Shown here: positions 57,666-64,000 of the stretch, in pieces | How the letters are laid out: each line of letters starts with the position of its first letter | Numbering within the stretch: position 1 is the first letter of the stretch | NCBI GenBank assembly: GCA_964016885.1 | Contig: OZ024742.1 | Span: 139,252,001-139,316,000, forward strand | Direction: 5' to 3' | Length of the DNA: 64,000 nt | Origin: Eledone cirrhosa | Lineage: Eukaryota | The notes under the pieces: model-generated | The model's input: only the letters and a program-made list of their open reading frames with translations | What the model was told of the DNA's origin: nothing | Databases searched by the model: none | Position numbers and translations under genes: made by a program

Positions 57666-58877
57666 ATGTGTGTGTGCATGTATGTAATTCGTCGACGACT
57701 AAAGCTGCAACCCCACCAAGTTTACTTGGTGAGGAGGGTGATTTTGGATACCCTGCAGGACAAAAAACAAAACCTACAAAGGGCGGAAGAACCCTTAAGA
57801 GTCAACAGCCATCCAAAAATGTGTAAATATGTCTATACATATATATGTATATGTAAATCTGTATATGCATGTATATGTATATGTGTGGGGACATAGAAAT
57901 TGTCGGGCTGGATACGATATCGCGCGGTTAAACCCCTGGGAGTGAAGGACCACTAGTCTTTGTCACGGCATTCTTCTACGAAAAGGCAACTCAGGAAACT
58001 GGGATAACTCCGACATAAAACCTGCGGCTCAGTAGTTGCCGATGATGTTGATCTTTTCTTCTTTTCGGGTTATAGCTACTGTCGCTCAGAGAATGGGATT
58101 GGCTCAGTGCACAGTATTTCGTCACTTTAAAAAACATCTTCACGCACACGCATTGCACAATGGTATTAATTAATAATTATTAATAATGTTATATCGTGCA
58201 ATGGCCATACTTGATAACAAGGGGGCAGCCATCATGTATGTATATGATATTAAATAACAGTAAGTATAAGTAGAATTTTTAGACGTATACTTTACACACT
58301 ATATATATATTTCTCAGTTTTCTAAAATGTCGCACAATAGTAAGTCTGTCGAGTGAGTAAAGTAGTCATTGTTGATTTCTAATCACGTTCTGGAGACTAA
58401 AATATATATAATGACTTAGGGAGATAATTTTCTTGAGTAGGTAAGGCGTTATAACGAAATATAAGGCCATATAATGTACCTTCGAATATATTCATTCATT
58501 AATATCGTTTATAAAACAGAAAAGAATTGCCTAATTAAATGTTGTATATTATATATGCTGTAAATTGATATATCATTTAATAATAAGACTGACGATATTA
58601 GTTCTTAAACTATATACAAGGACGATGGGCATGTCAGATAATTTCCAGCCAATAAATGTGCTTAACACACAGTTCAATATTATGACATGATTACTAGCAA
58701 CGAGCTTGGCGTTAGATGTCGAGATTCTGTTCGAGGAGGCGGAGACTCCACCTCATGCGATACTTAATGTTAAGAATTATGGTAACTCTCAATAATGTAT
58801 ATTGAACTGGTATTATAGAAAATAAACAAAATAATTTTTAATCATTATCATAATAAGATATATCTCTGTATTTACAG

Positions 58878-58901
58878 CTGCTGTTCCCACTAAAAGTATA
58901 G
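58878..58901 (+). CDS. Micro-exon B10, (T)AVPTKSI
   Basis: AG|CTGCTGTTCCCACTAAAAGTATAG|GTAAGT. Confidence 0.8.
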   Translation: MLFPLKV

Positions 58902-58939
58902 GTAAGTAATCATTATATAACAATACACATATTTTGTCC

Positions 58940-59415
58940 CTGTCGGGGTCTTACTGGTTCCTATTACCCACTCTACTACCTCAAGTATTGAGTACTTTGG
59001 TGCGTTATGGTCCACCTGGTTCCTTACCACATTTCCTTCGTTATCTAGCTCCTACTCCCGTAGTAGAGCACTTTCCGACCCTACCACGCCGCATCCAGAC
59101 TTTTCCGCTAAGCTCAATTCATTTCACCCGCACCATGCGAAGCCGTCGAAACGGCTTGAGCTCAGCTGTCGGGGTCTTACTGGTTCCTATTACCCACTCT
59201 ACTACCTCAAGTATTGAGTACTTTGGTGCGTTATGGTCCACCTGGTTCCTTACCACATTTCCTTCGTTATCTAGCTCCTACTCCCGTAGTAGAGCACTTT
59301 CCGACCCTACCACGCCGCATCCAGACTTTTCCGCTAAGCTCAATTCATTTCACCCGCACCATGCGAAGCCGTCGAAACGGCTTGAGCTCAGCTGTCGGGG
59401 TCTTACTGGTTCCTA
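58940..59415 (+). repeat. 226 bp tandem repeat (~2.1 copies) related to 57420-57550
   Basis: TGTCGGGGTCTTACTGGTTCC at 58941, 59167 and 59393. Confidence 0.85.
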
Positions 59416-59420
59416 TATAT

Positions 59421-59465
<45 letters not shown>

Positions 59466-59682
59466 TAACAGATTAAAGTTTAAGCAAAGAATCGCTGCTT
59501 TCACCCTTAACGGGATCTTCTGAAACTTAAGGGTGAAAGCAGCGATTCTTTGCTTAAACTTTAATCTGTTATTTTAATAAATATTTGCTCTACGGTTCTT
59601 ATATATTTTATATATATTTATCCTTATCGAGCCCTCTTTGGATTTTGGTCTTCAAGTTTATTATTATTACTATATATATATA

Positions 59683-59769
<87 letters not shown>

Positions 59770-60978
59770 ATGTATGTAATTCGTCGACGACTAAAGCTGC
59801 AACCTCACCAAGTTTACTTGGTGAGGAGGTTGATTTTGGATACCCTGCAGGACAAAAAACAAAACCTAGCAAAGGGCGGAAGAACCCTTAAGAGTCAACA
59901 GCCATCCAAAAATCTGTAAATATGTCTATACATATATATGTATATGTAAATCTGTATATGCATGTGTGCATGTATATGTATATGTGTGGGGACATAGAAA
60001 TTGTCGGGCTGGATACGATATCGCGCGGTTAAACCCCTGGGAGTGAAGGACCACTAGTCTTTGTCACGGCATTCTTCTACAAAAAGGCAACTCAGGAAAC
60101 TGGGATAACTCCGACATAAAACCTGCGGCTCAGTAGTTGCCGATGATGTTGATCTTTTCTTCTTTTCGGGTTATAGCTACTGTCGCTCAGAGAATGGGAT
60201 TGGCTCAGTGCACAGTATTTCCTCACTTTAAAAAACATCTTCACGCACACGCATTGCACAATGGTATTAATTAATAATTATTAATAATGTTATATCGTGC
60301 AATGGCCATACTTGATAACAAGGGAGCAGCCATCATGTATGTATATGATATTAAATAACAGTAAGTATAAGTAGAATTTTTAGACGTATACTTTACACAC
60401 TATATATATATTTCTCAGTTTTCTAAAATGTCGCACAATAGTAAGTCTGTCGAGTGAGTAAAGTAGTCATTGTTGATTTCTAATCACGTTCTGGAGACTA
60501 AAATATATATAATGACTTAGGGAGATAATTTTCTTGAGTAGGTAAGGCGTTATAACGAAATATAAGGCCATATAATGTACCTTCGAATATATTCATTCAT
60601 TAATATCGTTTATAAAACAGAAAAGAATTGCCTAATTAAATGTTGTATATTATATATGCTGTAAATTGATATATCATTTAATAATAAGACTGACGATATT
60701 AGTTCTTAAACTATATACAAGGACGATGGGCATGTCAGATAATTTCCAGCCAATAAATGTGCTTAACACACAGTTCAATATTATGACATGATTACTAGCA
60801 ACGAGCTTGGCGTTAGATGTCGAGATTCTGTTAGAGGAGGCGGAGACTCCACCTCATGCGATACTTAATGTTAAGAATTATGGTAACTCTCAATAATGTA
60901 TATTGAACTGGTATTATAGAAAATAAACAAAATAATTTTTAATCATTATCATAATAAGATATATCTCTGTATTTACAG

Positions 60979-61002
60979 CTGCTGTTCCCACTAAAAGTAT
61001 AG
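60979..61002 (+). CDS. Micro-exon B11, (A)AVPTKSI
   Basis: AG|CTGCTGTTCCCACTAAAAGTATAG|GTAAGT. Confidence 0.8.
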   Translation: MLFPLKV

Positions 61003-61479
61003 GTAAGTAATCATTATATAACAATACACATATTTTGTCCATATGAATTATTTTACAAGGATAGCAAGCAAATTTATATTTATTGGTCGATTACAATCTT
61101 TGAAAAATCAAATAAGGATTGCTTTATAAAATGTATAATGAAGCTAATGATAACAGAAGCTGAAATACTTGAAGCCCTCAGCGGCTGTACGATGAACATA
61201 TCACTCGGCTACGGTGGTCTCCTCTATGCGGTTTACATAGACATGTTAGATATGTTTTGCAATGATTATGATAGTCTCTCTATGAGTTTAACATAGACAT
61301 GCTAGACTTGTTCTTGACACTCCTTCAACCTGCCTGCAGCACAAAGCATTAATACAGGGAAATTCTCTGTTCTGTAATTCGGGGTGTAGTAAAGGTGATA
61401 TATATTAATAAATGATCTAAAAGATATTATTTAATTTTTCATTATCACCGTAATGATATATATTTATCTGTATTTACAG

Positions 61480-61497
61480 CGACTACTTCTACTAAAC
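61480..61497 (+). pseudogene. C-type exon with intact acceptor and AT donor, (x)TTSTK
   Basis: TATTTACAG|CGACTACTTCTACTAAAC|ATAAGT. Confidence 0.65.
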
Positions 61498-62783
61498 ATA
61501 AGTACTCATGATATAATAATATCTATTTTTGTCCATAAAGATAAATTATGTTTGTTACAAGCATAGCAGGTAAATTTACAGTCATTGATTTGTTACTACC
61601 TTTGATAAATCAGAAAAGAATTGTTTTATGAAATGTTTAATGAAACTTACTATAACAGAAGCTGAAATATTTGCACACCTGGCCAGTTGATCAAGTGGCA
61701 AATCACCCGGTTACGATGGCCTCCTTTCTGAGGTTTACATAGACAAGATAAACTTATTCTCCGATGGTTATGATGGTCTCCTCTATGAGGTTTAAACAGA
61801 CATGTTTGATTTGTTCTGGGCATAATCCAGAGAAGTCAGTATGTCTCCAGCTCACTGCTTGAGTGTCAAATCCATGCAGTTCAACTGCTTTGACAAACAC
61901 TGGACGGACGGGACAATGACATTTGTTTGGGTCGTCTGGTTTTGTCTACACCTCCAGGTGGTTAAGGACTTGGATGAGGTAGCATGGACATATACATACA
62001 TACACACAAAGGCATTATTTTGATATGCACTCTTTTTTCCTGCTATTAATTTTGTCTCTCACTCTTTTAAGTTGTGAAATAGACTGGTTAGCTACGCACG
62101 CGGCTGACACATTTCAGCTCGCTACTATATTGCTATATAATGGATGATCGCATTTAAAGTCCGTTAAAGGTTCTTGGCACTACCATTGTTACCATCGCTT
62201 TCCTCTAGCCTTGGAGACATGAACCGAATGCTACCATTCTATTTTATATCAATGTGAACTGCTATTTCTAAAGACCATCTTCTCACCCCTTGATAATTTG
62301 TGTGTGCGACACGTTGGCTGGGTTCTTCTGACAGGAAAGAAAAGATTGATTCTGTTTAGCTTCCTGTCCCCACGTAAAATGTGTAAATCAGTGGCTAGTT
62401 GAGAGATAGAGTCCTATCGGTTGCCAGTTGCTAATAGCTTTACCGCGTCAGTCGTCACAAACAGTCATGGCCGGCATAGACTGGTCTTAGGATTCTGACG
62501 ATCTATTGGTTATTGATTAGGCGATACCCGCTGATCAAGCTGCATAAGCCGATTGTGCATTGTTGCATAATATATGCAGACAGATGGTGCAGTGCACCTT
62601 ACTGCTGCCGTAGTGCGGCAGAAACTCGAGTCCGGGGAACTTATAGGCACATGTTTTAAGTGCGTTGTGTTGAAGCAAATAACTTTGTGTATACTCTGGG
62701 AATGTATCTTACATTGCCCATGGAGTGCGCTGAGATACAACCGGTGCTGGCATTGATAAATATGCTGGGTCCGTCAACCCTTG

Positions 62784-62849
<66 letters not shown>

Positions 62850-63071
62850 TAAAATAACAGATTAAAGTTTAAGCAAAGAATCGCTGGTTTCACCCTTAAC
62901 GGGATCTTCTGAAACTTAAGGGTGAAAGCAGCGATTCTTTGCTTAAACTTTAATCTGTTATTTTAATAAATATTTGCTCTACGGTTCTTATATATTTGAT
63001 ATATATTTATCCTTATCGAGCCCTCTTTGGATTTTAGTCTTCAAGTTTATTATTATTACTATATATATATA

Positions 63072-63117
<46 letters not shown>

Positions 63118-63256
63118 AATACTTTGGGAGGGTCATGTTGCCAATAAGAAACACACGCACGTGCGTGTGTTTCTTATTGGCAACATGACCCTCCCAAAAT
63201 ATTACAATATCGGTTTCAACACACGTTTTCAGAATCTTGCTAAACAAATTCAGAAA

Positions 63257-63410
<154 letters not shown>

Positions 63411-63414
63411 CTAC

Positions 63415-63447
<33 letters not shown>

Positions 63448-63467
63448 TGTATGTATATATAAACACA

Positions 63468-63542
<75 letters not shown>

Positions 63543-64000
63543 GTAATTCGTCGACGACTAAAGCTGCAACCCCACCAAGTTTACTTGGTGAGGAGGGTGA
63601 TTTTGGATACCCTGCAGGACAAAAAACAAAACCTAGCAAAGGGCGGAAGAACTCTTAAGAGTCAACAGCCATCCAAAAATCTGTAAATATGTCTATACAT
63701 ATATATGTATATGTCAATCTGTATATGCATGTGTGCATGTATATGTATATGTGTGGGGACATAGAAATTGTCGGGCTGGATACGATATCGCGCGGTTAAA
63801 CCCCTGGGAGTGAAGGACCACTAGTCTTTGTCACGGCATTCTTCTACGAAAAGGCAACTCAGGAAACTGGGACAACTCCGACATAAAACCTGCAGCTCAG
63901 TAGTTGCCGATGATGTTGATCTTTTCTTCTTTTCGGGTTATAGCTACTGTCGCTCAGAGAATGCGATTGGCTCAGTGCACAGTATTTCCTCACTTTAAAA

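Overview
This is AT-rich, repeat-dense eukaryotic DNA with abundant (TA)n/(CA)n, a tRNA-derived SINE family, and Penelope, Tx1/L1, CR1-like and Helentron-like remnants. The repeat landscape resembles octopus DNA, but that is an inference. None of the supplied ORFs is a real host gene: they are microsatellite read-through or decayed retroelement fragments. From ~21.5 kb to the window end lies a mosaic tandem array of 1-5 kb units. Hidden in it, and invisible to ORF calling, is a + strand micro-exon gene. A TATA-preceded signal-peptide exon at 11497-11545 (phase-1 donor) is followed by 13 intact 24-nt phase-1/phase-1 micro-exons, each bounded by TATTTACAG and GTAAGTA. Joined, they read MKTLSIFSMFIVVIVC-AGVAGGNQ-PATTVEST-TGVAGGNQ-PATTVEST-TATTAKST-AATTAEST-AATTAKST-AATTAKST-APGGVKCT-PSGSVKCT-PAPVAEIT-TAVPTKSI-AAVPTKSI..., which is 120 aa with no stop in the window and looks like a secreted Thr/Ala/Ser/Pro-rich protein. 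Among the 11 paralogous B-type exons, 12 of 16 first/second codon positions vary, while 0 of 8 third positions and almost none of the flanking intron bases do. Eight 18-nt sister exons have broken splice sites. Exon coordinates were counted base by base; repeat boundaries are approximate.
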